Below, one piece after another: positions 46,296 through 60,042 of a stretch of DNA of 64,000 nt. Source of the DNA: Chrysemys picta bellii. Its lineage: Eukaryota. Every line of letters starts with the position of its first letter. Position 1 is the first letter of the stretch. The stretch lies in contig NC_088792.1 of assembly GCF_011386835.1 (NCBI RefSeq), positions 193,688,001-193,752,000 on the forward strand. The letters run 5' to 3'. Position numbers and translations under genes: made by a program. The notes beneath the pieces were generated by a model, which was given only the letters and a program-made list of their open reading frames with translations, was not told the DNA's origin and made no database searches.

Positions 46296-47809
46296 ATGAT
46301 ACCCGACTTTTCCCAGAGTTAGGGAGTAGAGTAGAGTTTGGCCTAATATATGGAACCATACTACCATGTTGCTAAGTGCTACCTACAAAGGAATAGAATC
46401 CCCATTCCTCAGATCAGCAGTCTGACACTTCAAAAGAGAATAACTCTTGAATGAACTCAGAAATACGTCTGAAAACACATCTAGTATCTTTAAAAACATC
46501 CAATTTCTAGAATGAGCTGTGTGGGTACAGCAGTGTTCTGTCACTGTTTCAAAATATCATAATACTGCTCACCACATAACTGCTTCCCTCATTTTTGTGG
46601 GGGGGGGGGGAGGGGGAGAGATACAGGGGGAGGAAGTGGCATCACTTGCATCCTGCTGCACGAATGTCAGTCAAGTGCATAATAGCTAAGTACAGTTTCA
46701 AACTAGAGGTGGGCCTGAACCTAAACCCCAGATTTGAACAGCTCAGGGGCTTGTGGTAAGTTTGATTTGTAAATCTGGATACACAGCTTAATGTTGTGGG
46801 TTGCTCATCTCTGTTTTAAAACCATGTCTCTCCTGTGCTGTGTCTTCTCATTGACTCTCATTTTGCCCCAATTTTTAATAAGCAAGTAAGAATGGTTTAG
46901 CATCAACTGCATGGGAAGCCTGTGCAGTGTGTTTTTTCAGGCTTCTGAAAAAACCTAGTTCTTAATGAGTATTTTCAGAGGCTTAATGTGTATTAGCATA
47001 GTCACCCCTATTCTAGTTATTAGTTATCGTTCCTGACCTCTCCCCTTCCCCTTTTTAAAAGTTACTTTATTTCTTCTAAGACAATACTTTTAACCTAACA
47101 TATATTTGGTTAATAGATTCTGAATACTTTTCAAAGTCACTTAGTTACAGTTCACATCACTCCCATATCTGGCAAGTTTTTCTTTTTTCTAATAACCCTT
47201 ACCAGAACTACTCCAGGATGATTATGTTGTAGTTTCATCCTGGTACTGCTGTGGTGTATGGTAATTCTACACTTGGTGATGTGGATGTCTGCAATGATTC
47301 TGCTGGAACTCAGGCAGTTCTTTTTCCTTCCCCACTTATGACTTCTTTAAGAAGTTGAGTTTTCACTATGATGTCCTGTATCAACAGATATCCCAGATGT
47401 CGCAAAGACTGCAAGTAAGGCTTGACAGTTGCCCTTGTACTTCTGACAGTCTATTTTCTACACACATGATTGTGGCCCTTCTGCAGGAGCAAAGGAGGGT
47501 AATATCTCTTGCTCATTTTAAGCTGTTGCACTCAATTTTCTTATGGACTGGTTGTCAGGCTGTCCATTTAGAAGACAGTGGTTTTGTATGCCTGCCAAAG
47601 ATAATTTTTTTTGTATCTCCTTATCTTTCTTCCAGTTATATTTGTAAATCTGGTATTTGCTTAGGTCTGAGTAGCTGAGGTCTTGTGGGACATAAAGACT
47701 TTGTTCATGTTTCCATTAGCGTCTGTTCCTCTGTTGATGTATGTGACAGACACATAATCTCCTGCAATATGCTACAAAGATCTTTTTGAATTAGGTTTAG
47801 GTATTATTG

Positions 47810-48556
47810 TGTCAGGATTGCACGTAACCTTTCAAGGTGGGAGATGTGATAGATGTGGAACCTGGGAGTTCAAAAGATTATACAGAAAATGTGCCAGACA
47901 GGTATGGACTTTTGGAACAATAAGTGTTAAGTGGATTTTTCTGGGGAATCCCTAGAGAGAGGTTAATGCAACTTCCCCAATTCTGGTTATGCAAGTACCC
48001 AGCCTTTTGAAACCATGCCCAGAGGAGTGGGTCATTGTCGGTTGATTACCCGTTACAGAAGGCCAAGATCAAAGCAGTGTAAAGAAATGGCTGATCTGAC
48101 CACTCTAAGTTCTGGTTCTGGATTTAAGAGGGATGTAACTTGTAACCATAGAAAACACAGTTATGAGGGTTATGAAGGACTAAAACCTACCAGGTTGGAG
48201 TTGACGTGACCTCTGGTGAGATTTTTAGTATGCATGTAGGGTTTTTATTTTCTCTATAATTCTTTGTCTTAGAAATTAATGTACTTCCTTAGAAAGAGCT
48301 GTTTGGTAACTTAGAACTGGTCTTAGCCCTCAAAGAGAAAACAAAACACACGTGCTGGCCTTTTTTGGCAATCTGGCTTGCTGGGGTATCACAGCAAGGT
48401 GGGGAGCCATGGAGCTTTAAAGTCCCCAGTCAAAAGGGAGTGAGACGTGTGTCTCTGTCCAAGAGAAGAGACATCTGGGAGCCAGAAGCCTAAAGTGGGT
48501 GCCCTTGGTGGAACATTTTATCAAAATACCAGTGTGATTACCCTGAAACCATGACA
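47810..48556 (+). mobile_element. Probable solo LTR
   Basis: Terminal inverted TGTCA...TGACA, about 750 bp, with LTR-like organisation and an end CCCTGAAACCATGACA. No TSD recognised. Confidence 0.55.
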
Positions 48557-49819
48557 GTTTTTAAGATCCAACAAGGATAGCTATGGCTCCTTACTGACGT
48601 GTTTAGCTTTCTTTGACAAATGTTTCACTTTGAGTAGCTATTTTGGAGTTCCTATTACTCCATGGTTATTTTGAGAAGGACGTGATGTGTGCAAACTGTG
48701 GTGAGACTTAGAAAATTTCTAAAACTCCACACCTGAGAATTGGAAGTCTTTTGCCAGCAGTCAAAATTTCTGATTTTCTACATCCTGTTTATAGTGACTT
48801 TTATAAAGATAATTGCCACTGCTAGTTGTTTGATAGTGTTGAAATGCCCATGAATTTAGTGTAGTAATCAATTAATAATGTTTGTCAAATTCAGATTTGT
48901 TTTCTAAACTTTGCTACATTTTCTCTGGGATTTCATGACCCTACAGTGTGCGTGATTTAAGAATATAGTTATGTGAGCGCTCATCCCAGGACATCTCTTG
49001 TCCTTTGCTTACATTTTTCAATATTTAGATAACTGCTAGTGAGCATTTTTGTTCAGCTTTCTCCTTTTATCAAAATATCGTCCTCACTAATTTATTCATT
49101 AAATTGCCTATGTTGGCTCAGTTACTGTCAATGTGACTTAGCTCTTTTGGGGATCCTTGCAAAAACCTTTCTGCAAAATGGTTCAATATGAAACACAACT
49201 AAATTTGGAAGCAGTAATAGGTATGTGCCTCATCACATGAATATCCTATTCATCAATCTCACTAATGATATTAGTGTGGCTCTGCCTACCAACCTGTTGA
49301 AGTAACAACTAAATGTAATTCTTTCAACTTCACTACTACATTTGAGTTCCCATGGTACTAAAGACAAAGACCCAAATCATATTCACAGAAACTTTTACAT
49401 GGACTTCGGTAGCACCAGGATTTGCCCCAAACCATTTTTAAACAAACTTTTACCTGGCTGGTAGGAGATTTCGGGATATATCATATTTCGCTCTCTCTCA
49501 TATCTACCCATTACCATAGTATATGAGCACCTCACAATCTTTAATATAGTTAACCACATAACTCATCTGTGAGGGTGGAAGTACAATTTATCCTTCCTCT
49601 TGCCAAGCCTTTTCTCTCCATAAATATATCCAACTATAAGTTACTGAGACGTACTCAAACCTAATATATATTAAGAACAGGGGGTTAAGGTTGAGAGTAC
49701 ATCTCAGTAACTTGAGGGTAAAAAAATATACAGGGATGTTACTGTCCCAAACACAGGTATTACTAACCAAGAAAATTCAAAGCTTTTAAGTTAAACTCAA
49801 AAGAGAGCCAAATGTAGGC

Positions 49820-51064
49820 TCGTAGACTTTAAGGCCAGAAGGGACCATCATGAGCATCTAGACCAGGGGTCGGCAACGTTTGGCATGCGGCTCACCAGGG
49901 TAAGCACCCTGGTGGGCCGAGCCAGTTTATTTACCTGCTGACGCAGCAGGTTCGGCCGATCGTGGCCCCCACTGGCCGCGGTTCGGCGTCCCGGGCCAAT
50001 GGGGGCGGCGGGAAGTGGCGCGGGCGAGGGATGTGCTGGCCGCGGCTTCCCGCCATCCCCATTGGCCCTGGATGCCAAACTGCAGCCAGTGGGGGCCACA
50101 ATCAGCCGAACCTGCCGCCTCAGCAGGTAAATAAACTGGCCCGGCCCACCAGGGTGCTTACCCTGGCTAGCCGCGTGCCAAACATTGCCGACCCCTGATC
50201 TAGACTGACCTGCACTTCACAGGCCACAGAACCTCACCCACCCACTCCTGTAATAGACCCATAACCTCTGGCTGAGTTTCTGAAGTCCTCAAATCTTGAT
50301 TTAAAGACTTCAAGTCACAGAGAATCCACCATTTACTCTAATTCAAACCAGCAAGCAACCTGTACCCCATGCTGTAGAGGAAGGTGAAAACCTCCAAGGT
50401 TTCTGCCAATCTGACCTGGGGTAAAATTCCTTCCTGACCCCAAATATGGCACTCAATTAGACCCTGAGTTTGTGAGTGAGACTCACCAACCAAATGACTG
50501 GGAAAGAATTCTCTGTAGTAACTGAGTCCTTACCATCTAGTGTCCCATCTTTGGCAGTTGGAAATACTTGCTAATAATAGTTGCAGATGGACCATATGCC
50601 ATTGTAGGAAATCATCCTACCATGCCCTCCATAAACTTATCAAGATCCGTTTTGAAACAAGTTAGATTTTGTTGATCTCATTACTCCCTTTGGAAGACTG
50701 TTTCAGAACTTCACTCCTCTGGTGGTTAGGAACCTTTGTCTACTTTTCAAACCTAAACTTATTGAGGGCAAGTTTATATTGGTTTGTTCTAGAGCCAACA
50801 TTGGGCTTTAAACAATTCCTCTCCCTCCCTAGTGTTGATTAATCTTTTGTATTTATAGAGAGCAATCATATCTCCCCTCAACCTTTGGTGAGGCTAAACA
50901 AGCCAAGCTCCTTAAATCACCTCTTGAAAGGTAGGCTCTCCCTTCCTCTGATCATCCTAGTAGCCCTTCTCTGCACCTGTTCCAGTTTTAATTGATCTTT
51001 CTTAAACATGGGAGACCGTAATTGCCCACAATATTCCAGATGAAGTCTCACCAGTGCCGTGTAT
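49820..51064 (-). mobile_element. CR1 LINE 3' portion with long 3' UTR and nested hAT MITE
   Basis: ORF 50917-51105(-) reads [38 protein letters not shown]. The reverse-complement tail is near 49820. Confidence 0.85.
49864..50197. mobile_element. hAT (Charlie-like) MITE, 334 bp
   Basis: TIRs CAGGGGTCGGCAACGTTTGGCA / TGCCAAACATTGCCGACCCCTG, with exact 8-bp TSD ATCTAGAC. Confidence 0.93.
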
Positions 51065-51599
51065 GTTGAGTATGGAAATGTATAGTTAAGGCATCCAGAC
51101 AGCATTAAGTTTGCCCTGCTATGGTGCCATTAAACAAACATACCTTTGTGATGAATATGTTTCAGTGTTTGTGGTCCCAAACTAAGTTCAATTAAGTTTT
51201 AAGAATGCGTTCTCCCCCCAACCCTAGTGCCCTTTGTCCAGACACAGCTCTCTCAAACCCTGGTGTAGCTAGCAAGATCTATCTGCTAATATGACAGCAG
51301 TAATTCACTGCATTTTCATGCAAGAGTCAAGTACCAAATATCAGGATGACACTACAGACATCACCTCAGTACAGGGTCTTAGAGTCTGCCATCCTTTTAT
51401 AATATGTCTTCCTAATGCCAGGCAATGTCATTTCCCACTGTTTCTTTTCAGTATTTATTGGCTATAGGTATCTTTGAATTTAAATTTGGCAGATCATTTT
51501 TTGTTCCTGTAAATATCTGAAGATCTTTTTAACATGCTGAGTGTTGGTATTTCAAAAATTGCTTTTCTTTAATCTGGGTTGTAAAATTAAGACTAGACA

Positions 51600-52030
51600 T
51601 AGTCTGAAATTTTTTGACATTATGGCTTTTGATCAGAAAATTCTAATTCATCAAAACCAAAACTTTTTTGCAGGAAAAGGTCCTTTTCGATAAAACTTCT
51701 GTTGGGAAGATTTTCCAGGCCTAATATGTAATTTCTTGTCTGAGAGAGGCCCTGGCTCCCCAAAAAGTCAATAGCCTCGCCCTCAGTTGGGATGTCTTCA
51801 GGTCTATACTCCAAATCAAGCAGAGTAGGAACTTGAACTTAGGTGTATTACATCCCAGCTGAATACACTAACCACTGGGCTATTGCCTATTCTGGGATGG
51901 ATGGCTTTCTCTCTCTGGTTTTTCACTAAAATTGCAAAAGGTCCCCGTTTTTCATCCCAATGTGGAACAGGAGACAAAATGAAATCTTGAAAATTTTGTC
52001 AGGAGAGGAAAACAGTTTCATAGCCAGCTC
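51600..52030. repeat. Old interspersed repeat containing tRNA-like units (related to units in 9490-10620)
   Basis: A reverse-complement unit GGAACTTGAAC...ACTAACCACTGGGCTA lies at ~51827-51882. It ends TAGCCAGCTCTA. Confidence 0.5.
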
Positions 52031-52368
52031 TATTTAAAACATCTTTGCTCAAATTACATTCAGTACAATGATTTTTTTAACTGTTAGTTTCTTTGGTGTC
52101 ATTATTGTGCTCTCCGTAAAACTTGCCTAAATCCTGTGCCCTTTGAGGCCCATATAGCAAATCATATAATTTAACACACAGGCTAGAAAGGCTTTTTTTT
52201 TATATACCTGGGGTTAAATCCAAGGAGCATTCTCTTAAGCTTAAAACAATCAAGTCACTAATGTAGCAAGCACTTGAGCATGTGCTTAAAATTAGGCATG
52301 TGCCTAACTCCCACTGAAGTCACTGAGATTTAGCACATTGGTTTCAGTGCTTTGCTGTGCACTTCAGT

Positions 52369-52551
52369 GCACTGGAATGGGTTACCTAGGGAGGAGGTGG
52401 AATTTCCTTCCTTAGATGTTTTTAAGGTCAGGCTTGACAAAGCCCTGGGTGGGATGATTTAGTTGGGGATTGGTTCTGCTTTGAGCAGGGGGTTGCACTA
52501 GATGACCTCCTGAGGTACCTTCCAACCCTGATATTCTATGATTCTATGATT
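52369..52551 (+). mobile_element. CR1 3'-end fragment
   Basis: GCACTGGAATGGGTTACCTAGGGAGG...CTAGATGACCTCCTGAGG...ATTCTATGATTCTATGAT. Confidence 0.92.
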
Positions 52552-55500
52552 TGCTGAGGACAAATGACTCAATTAAGGCCCAAATTCTGAAAATATATTT
52601 CTGTTTCTGAGAACTTGGCTACCATTTCTTGAATGGTTTCCATCAGATAATTTGTTTTATGGCCTTATTCAAATCACATGGATTGATATATATCCATACC
52701 ATATTTGCCTTTTCATTCACAACCATACATTAACAGCGTCTTGTTCTACTTAATCATTCAATCCCCAGCATTTCCATATTCTCATTTTCAGTTTATTCTG
52801 TGTATAAGAGGGCAAATAGAATTTTCTTGGTGGATGAATCACCAGAAGTTATTGATTTGTCTGTCTTCACGTGCTATCCTTCTTCTAGAAATCCTAGCCT
52901 TTGAAAGAGATCTCAGAAATGTCTCTGTTCTCTACATGCAAATAGGTGGCATTTACAGCAACTGTTTTTATAGCTAAATTCACTGCTAGGCTTAGTTGTT
53001 TATTTGTTTTAGTTTTTGTTTTTTTAATCCTAAACACAGTTAGTACATCAGCTTTTATTACAGTATTTGTAAAATTAAGTGATACTCATTACAGCAACAA
53101 TTTGTGTTTATTTATTTGCCCGTCTGCTGGAATTTTGTGAACTGAATATAAAATAAGCTTTGCTGTAAACTTTTATATTCTTTCCCTTGCTATGGTATTT
53201 TTTGGAATAACATTGCATTGCCAATTAAGATATTTAAAACTGGAATGGATAAAGCACCCGAGTATATTGAACTGCAAGGAACAATCCTTCATTTAGAAGG
53301 AACTGGCCTAGATGACCTATTTTCTATCATTTATTTATTCATAATTTACTACATATTATGCATAGTTCTTGTGCTCAGCATTGTACAGACATCTAGGAAG
53401 ACTTCCTTTCTCCAATTATTTTTCATCTATATCTTTGATGCATCTATGGTTGTGTACGTTTTTTTGTTTGTTTTTCATTTGAACCTTTTGGGAAAAAAAC
53501 CCTGTTTTAAATATTAGTAATTACACATTCTAAAGTTTAAACAAAAATTCAAAGTAGAAATATAATTTTTTAAAGGCCAAAAATATACCCAGGTATTTAA
53601 AGCTAGCATCAAAACTGGGACTAGTGATTATTAGATCAGGCATGCAGATTTCTTCATGCCCTCTTAAAGCCTTCCTCCAGCTTTTCTGTAGCTAGTTCTT
53701 CTAATTAAAATCATGGTGTACAAGAACATTGCTGGAGCACTACAAATTCACTGGTTGCAAAGTGCCTTGTGCGGATTTCCAGACAGGCAGGTTGGCCAAA
53801 TTCTTCTCTGATGTAAGTAAGTGCAAGTCCATTGACAGCAACTGAGTTGGACCTACTTTCAGTCAAGTTGAATTTGGCCCTGTATCTTTTACTGTTGACA
53901 TACAATAGTTTGGCAAAATAATTTAAAAATAATTAATATGTTAATACAATCGTGAGTTTCATAAAGTTTCATGAATCATTGTGACAAAGTATAAAACTCA
54001 CAACAATATATTCACTGCTTGCGTAGTGGGTACAACCCACTTGGCAATAATGGAATGGTTCCCATTTATGCCAGGTTTGAATTTGGCTCACAGGAAAGCT
54101 TTTCTTTAAAAACAAAAAGAACACGGACCCCGGAAGGGAAGGGATGGATGAATGAAAAAACTGTTTGTTCATCTACAAACCCATTTTATGTGCTTACTGC
54201 TCATCAATTGTTGTATGAGTGGTCCTTCCAATCTGACTAAAAAGTGAATTGACAATTGTATGTGTATAATACATTGCTATAGCTACTAATACTGAACCTT
54301 TCATTCAGAATATTCCAGTGGTACGCAAATAAAACCTGTAATATAACTGTCAACAGCATTAGTCCTTCCCTTAGAGAGCCATTTAATGTTAAAAATGCAT
54401 AGCATAATCAATACAACAAATAATTTTGCTACCTCTTTAAATTGAGTGTCAGGCTCCGATGACTGGACTTAATTGTGTGAAATTTGCACTGTTTTCATGA
54501 TCATGGTCTGCTATTCAAAGGGAAGGAGTGTCTTGCATATTTGTGCTGGAATTCATTTGTTGGTGAGAATTAAGCTGTAGTGAAATGTAGTGTACAAGCT
54601 AAAATATGTACTAGACTAGCAGAAATATTGCAATGTTTAGGTTAATAAAAGCTCTTGCTACTAAACAACTCAAAAAGCCATCCTAAGGGAATGCAATTCC
54701 TATAAAAATGCCAAAGATATAAGCAATTTACAAAATGTTCCTGACCGGCATTTTAAAAAGACTGCTTCAAAAGTCATTACACGTTAAAGATTTAGCAAGA
54801 TTATGTGAATACATTGATAGTGAAAGACTAGATCTAATACCTAGTATGGCCTTGGCATTAACAGTTTTGAATTCCTGGACAAAATTATAAAAATTGTACT
54901 ACCAAGGAATCTTAAAGAACTAATATTAAAAAAAAATCACCCTGGCACATCTATTATTAAAAATCCTTACTAACATGGCAAAAGCAGGCAGTGTAAAATG
55001 TGTTATTCTAGTCACATATCAGTCCCCTAGATGACACTGAAAAGCCAGAAGATGTTGTGTAACAGGACTTACAAACATCATTTGCCAGATGTTATCTAGT
55101 AGTTGAAGCTCCAGAGGCAATGTTATCAGATCTGCTGGTTGCAGTATGTGGATTAATAAAAGATTGTATGATACTATTACTACTTGGATCCCCCCCCCCC
55201 TCTTTCTTTACTGTAGTTGTTTTCTGTCTGATACATGAACATTTAAAAAAAAAGGGAATGGAGGACAATTTTCTGGAAAAGTTTTTTGTTCTAGAAGTCA
55301 TATATAGATTTCATTATAGGGATTAGGCAAATTGTTATTACTGATACTGGCCATAAACTTCAGTATAAAGTAGTTTTGAAATAAGACATTGTAATTATAA
55401 TGTATATGAAATGTGTACTAGGTGGAGGGTGGCTTAGAAGTTTAAATGCCAGGTTTGGCTGTTTAGAATCTCTGGATTCGTAGGTTCTAATACCATAATA

Positions 55501-55897
55501 ATAACAATATTTAGCATTAACATAGCTTGCTGTGAGCTTGGTGGATATATCACAATGATGTTTTATGTATGGATCAAGAGTTTGTGACATGCTTTTAAAT
55601 TAAATGTTTTATTTAAAAGTGAAATTATTATTGTAGTTTTAAATGAGACTTTTAGATCAAGCTAGGAAAAAATCCTATTGTTTGGCAGCCAAAATCCTGA
55701 TCTGGTCGAGTGAAATTTAATTTATTGCCTTCCCACTGGATAAGCTGCTGACCTACACTTAAAACTCCTGAGTGCGCTGATGGGCTAGAATGTTTGACCT
55801 GATGCTGAAAATGAAAATGGATTTCCTTCCTCAGTTCCTTGTAAACACTACCAAAAAGCAGATAATTTGCCTGTCTAATCTGCTACTTTATTAAATA

Positions 55898-56084
55898 CAC
55901 CGCTATCCCTATATAATGCTGTCCTTGGGAGCCAAAAAATCTTACCGGGTTATAGGTGAAACCACATTATATTGAACTTGCTTTGATCCACCGGAGTGTG
56001 CAGCCCCGCCCCCCCAAGCACTGCTTTACCACGTTATATCCGAATTCATGTTATATCGGGTCACGTTATATCGGGGTAGAGGTC
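55898..56084. mobile_element. Tigger/pogo-like MITE (second copy of the 37230 family)
   Basis: Collinear with 37230-37417 and flanked by TA. Confidence 0.85.
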
Positions 56085-56194
56085 TATATCCTTTTTTGAT
56101 GAATAGTACACAAACAAATTATGAATATTGTCATTTGGAAAAAAATGGCCTTGTCCTACAATTGCCATTTTATGGTGTTTGCAAATGGAACTCT

Positions 56195-56265
56195 TTTTTT
56201 GGGCAAGTCACAGCCCTCCCTGTGCCTCAGTTTCCCCATCTGTAAAATAGGGATAACAATAGTGA
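56195..56265 (+). mobile_element. MIR-like SINE core fragment
   Basis: TGGGCAAGTCAC...CTGTGCCTCAGTTTCCCCATCTGTAAAATAGGGATAACAATAGT. Confidence 0.75.
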
Positions 56266-56394
56266 CCTTGTAGATAGATTATCCATTCTAAGTTAATTAT
56301 GAGTTCTCTCCAGACTATTCCCATGGATTTACAAGTGGCCAAAATGAGCATAAGTACAATCAACTCATAAAATCCTGGATAGCCACGTATCTGA

Positions 56395-57167
56395 TCATAA
56401 GAACAGCCATACTGAGTCAGAACAAAGGTCCATCTAGTACAGTATCCTGTCTTCTGACATTCGCCAATGCCAGGTGCTTCAGAAGGAATGAACAGAAGAG
56501 GGCAATTATCAAGTGATCCATCCCCTGTCGCCCATTCCCAGCTTCCGGCAAAGAGAGACTAGGGACACGATCCCTAATAGCCATTGATGGCTCCATGAAC
56601 AATATCTAGTTCTTTTTTGAATGGTGTTATAATTTTGGCTTTCACAACATCCTCTGGCAAAGAGTTCCACAGGTTGACTGTGTGTTGTGTGAAGAAATAC
56701 TTCCTTTTATTTGTTTTTAAACCTGTTGCCTATTAATTTCATTTGGTGACCTCTAATTTCATTTGGTGACCTCTAATTTCATTTGGTGACCTTGTGTTCT
56801 GAGAAGGAGTAAATAAAACTTCCTTATTTACTTTCTTCACACCGTCATGATTTTATAGACCTCTATCATATTCTCCCTTAATCATCTCTTTTCCAAGCTG
56901 AAAAGTCCGAGTCTTATTAATCTCTCCTCATATAGAAGCTGTTTCATTCTCCTAATAATTTTTGTTGCCCTTTTCTGTACCTTTTCCAATTCCAATATAT
57001 CCTTTTTTAGATGGGGCAACCAGATCTGAGTGCAGTATGTGGGTGTACCATGAATTTATATAGAGGCAATATGATATTTTCTATCTTATTATATATCCCT
57101 TTCTTAATGATTTCCAACATTCTGTTAGCTTTTTTGACTGCAGCTGCACATTGATTGGATGTTTTCA
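56395..57167 (-). mobile_element. CR1 LINE 3' portion (same subfamily as 45520)
   Basis: Starts CATAAGAACAGCCATACTGAGTCAG, the reverse complement of the tail seen at ~46250-46290, and continues into antisense ORF2 C-terminal sequence. Confidence 0.85.
56734..56791. repeat. 20-bp tandem repeat, ~2.9 copies, inside CR1
   Basis: Unit TAATTTCATTTGGTGACCTC. Confidence 0.92.
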
Positions 57168-57233
57168 CCTATATAAGAAAAAGACCCCAAAATCGGGACT
57201 GTCCGTATAAAATTGGGACATCTGGTCACCTTA
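57168..57233. mobile_element. Half copy of the 123-bp MITE
   Basis: Matches 45731-45796 and ends TCTGGTCACCTTA. The other TIR is missing. Confidence 0.8.
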
Positions 57234-59757
57234 CTGGCAAGTAACCTGCACTCTCACACAGCAGAGGAAGGCAAAGAAGCCTTAAGATCCCTGCCAGTCT
57301 GAACTGGGGGGAAATTCCTTCCCGGCCCCACATATGGCGATCCGGGAGACCTTGCTCATGTGAGCAAGACCCAGACAGCCAAGTATCCTGAGAGAGAGAA
57401 TGCGCGGTGCCACCTTAGAGCCATGGCCCACCTGTCCAATGTCTCATCTTAAGCTGTGGCCATCTCTGAGGTGATCTGTTTCATTTTGATAATTATGAAA
57501 TATTTTCTTTTGATTATGACCTTTTTTCTTTTTAACCTATTGATTGTGTAAATTAAGTTACATTCCAAAATAAAAAGTAATTCTGAACCAAAATACCACA
57601 ACTTTTTCATTTAGAAAATGTCTACATGAATTTGTAAACTTTCAATATTTTTTGGAGTCAGACAATTTGTTGAAAGGGACCCTTTCTTGCAAAGAGTTTG
57701 TTTTGACAAATTGGCATTTTTCGATGAAATGGCATTTTGTCAAAAAGAATTCCGGGCAGATCTCTCCCTTTATAGTTTATGGAAACCCTTCTGTGCTCTT
57801 CTTCTCTTGCTGGAGCTTTCTAAGCTTTGGGGAGATATGCAAGAGAACTGCTGCTACAGGGCCCTCTCAATCACCAAATGATTTAAAGAAGAAATTTATA
57901 CAGTAGCAGAATGGGTAGTGACCAACGATAGGGGAGAGAGCCAATGAGAGCCTTGGCATGGCTTCTGAGAAAGCTGTACTGCCGGGGTACAGCAGGAACA
58001 GCAGTGCAGAGGGTCTGGGTTTCCCTGCAGATGTTTCTGGAGTCTATGAGAATGGGCTTCTTTTCCTCTGCAGATTCTTCAGTCCACAGCTTTTAAAGCT
58101 GCACTTGTAGCTCACTGTATGGGCTGGCTAAACCTTCCTCCCTCAACTTGCAAAGGGCACATGTGTTGAGAACTAGAAATGAACTCATCGAGTTGAATAA
58201 CAGTTTGTCTCTTCCGCTAAGATATTGTGTTTGGGAGGAGAGAATTTACATCTCAGTGAAGTAGAATGACAGTCCAGAATTCTTCAGTGATGTGCATGTG
58301 CAGATTTCTATTCCTGATGGAGAGTAAACCTGCACGGCCTATGATGCTGGTTTTGGGGAGTATGAAATAACTTGGTTATAAGAGGGTTCTACTGTGCAGT
58401 ATGTACTGTAACTTTTTAAAATCCAACCTTGTTACACACTGAAATAATTAACAAGTATTTTCTCGCCTATGAATATTCTTAGAGTGCCTTTGAGTCCAAA
58501 GGTCTGCAGGAGTTAGGGAGTCTTCACCACCTCTCTTGGTCCTACTTTCAGGAACAATACGTCTATTTTAATCAACTATGCTGTAAATTGTACTACCATA
58601 AGATGAGGCAAATATACATACCTTTCATGCAAATATTGTAATCGGGGTGGTTCATACACATTTGGGATCCCTTGCAGTGCTATTCAGTTGGACCCTTCAC
58701 TTCAGATCAAATGTTCATTGTGAGCTGCTCTGCTATGCCTCCTAGGTGAGAAGTTGGGTTGAGAATAAGGGGACATTCTCCACAAATGCAGATACCAGCT
58801 TTGACTTAGGGGAATAGTGCATCAGTGTTCCTGTTAAAGTGTGGGAGGAAAACTGTGAGGTGCCCAACTCAAGCTGAGAAGCTAGGTGAAATCTCTCGAT
58901 TCACCTTGAGGCTCCATTTTTACCACAGAGCTCGTAGTTGGTATGAAGCTGCTCTTATTCCACATGACATGGCACTGGCGCATGATCAGGAAACATCACA
59001 CTGGCACCTCAGTTTGTCCCTTCTGGGATTGGGTCTCATTACAGGGTCAGCACCAGATTAGGCAGTGCTATTTGAACCCACCCAGATATTCGTAAATATA
59101 ATTGGCTATTCTAAACTGTTAAAATGGGTTAATTATGTTCATATATAGACCTTCAAAGGAATTAGAGCATTGTGATGAATTTATGGTTTGTGCTGTTTAT
59201 AGGTTCTCATTAATGTTTTCCAAAGTCTAAATCCTTCTCTGTAAAGCACAATTGGGAGAGCGCTTGCCTTTTCCTTCCAATAAAGTAACCAGGCAGAATC
59301 CACTCAACAACCTCAGTAATTTCCTTTGAGGCCATATGTAGCTCATGTGCCAAAGTGTGTCCCTGGCAGTTCGATCTACAGGCTAGGGCAAATGCCCAGC
59401 TGTCAGTCCAATTGACCTATGTACTGCTACCAGCAGTATATGCTAGACTTTAGCAGAACTCCTGGGCAAACTCATCCATCTTAGAGAAGCAATGCTTAGC
59501 AGATGGCTATGGCAGCCACCCTGTGCCATTTATCTCTGTACTGTAGGATGCCTGTTGTGCTGGATATGTAGGCATTAATGAACCACTATTCCCACCTCAA
59601 CCATGCCACTTTTCTTAGGGAAGCCTAGAGTTTGTCCCTAAAAAGTGAATGAGCCAAATCCTGAGCCCTGTTGGTTTCGCGATATTAGAACAGCTGAAGT
59701 TACATAGTTCAGCCATACTCTATAATGTCTTCCATTCTGAAGGGTTAATGCCATTTA

Positions 59758-60042
59758 GGCTAGGTCTACACTACCCGCCTGAATCGGCAGGTAGAAATCG
59801 ACCTCTCGGGGATCGATTTATCGCGTCCCATCGGGACGCGACAATCGATCCCCGAATTGGCGCTCTTACTCCACCAGCGGAGGTGGGAGTAAGCACCGCC
59901 GACAGAAAGCCGCAGAAGTCGATTTTGCCGCCGTCCTCACAGCGGGGTAAGTCGGCTGCGATACGTCGAATTCAGCTACGCTATTCACGTAGCTGAATTT
60001 GCGTATCTTAAATCGACTCCCCCCTGTAGTGTAGATGTACCC
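59758..60042. mobile_element. Harbinger/PIF-type MITE, young and CpG-rich
   Basis: TIRs GGCTAGGTCTACACTAC / GTAGTGTAGATGTACCC, with 3-bp TSD TTA on both sides and internal hairpins. Confidence 0.88.

Noticed and set aside
56734-56791. 20-bp repeats as a CRISPR-like array
   Set aside because: Head-to-tail tandem copies with no spacers, inside a CR1, in a vertebrate genome; a slippage duplication.
59649-59996. 115-aa ORF
   Set aside because: Runs from unique sequence into a GC-rich MITE; a chance open frame.
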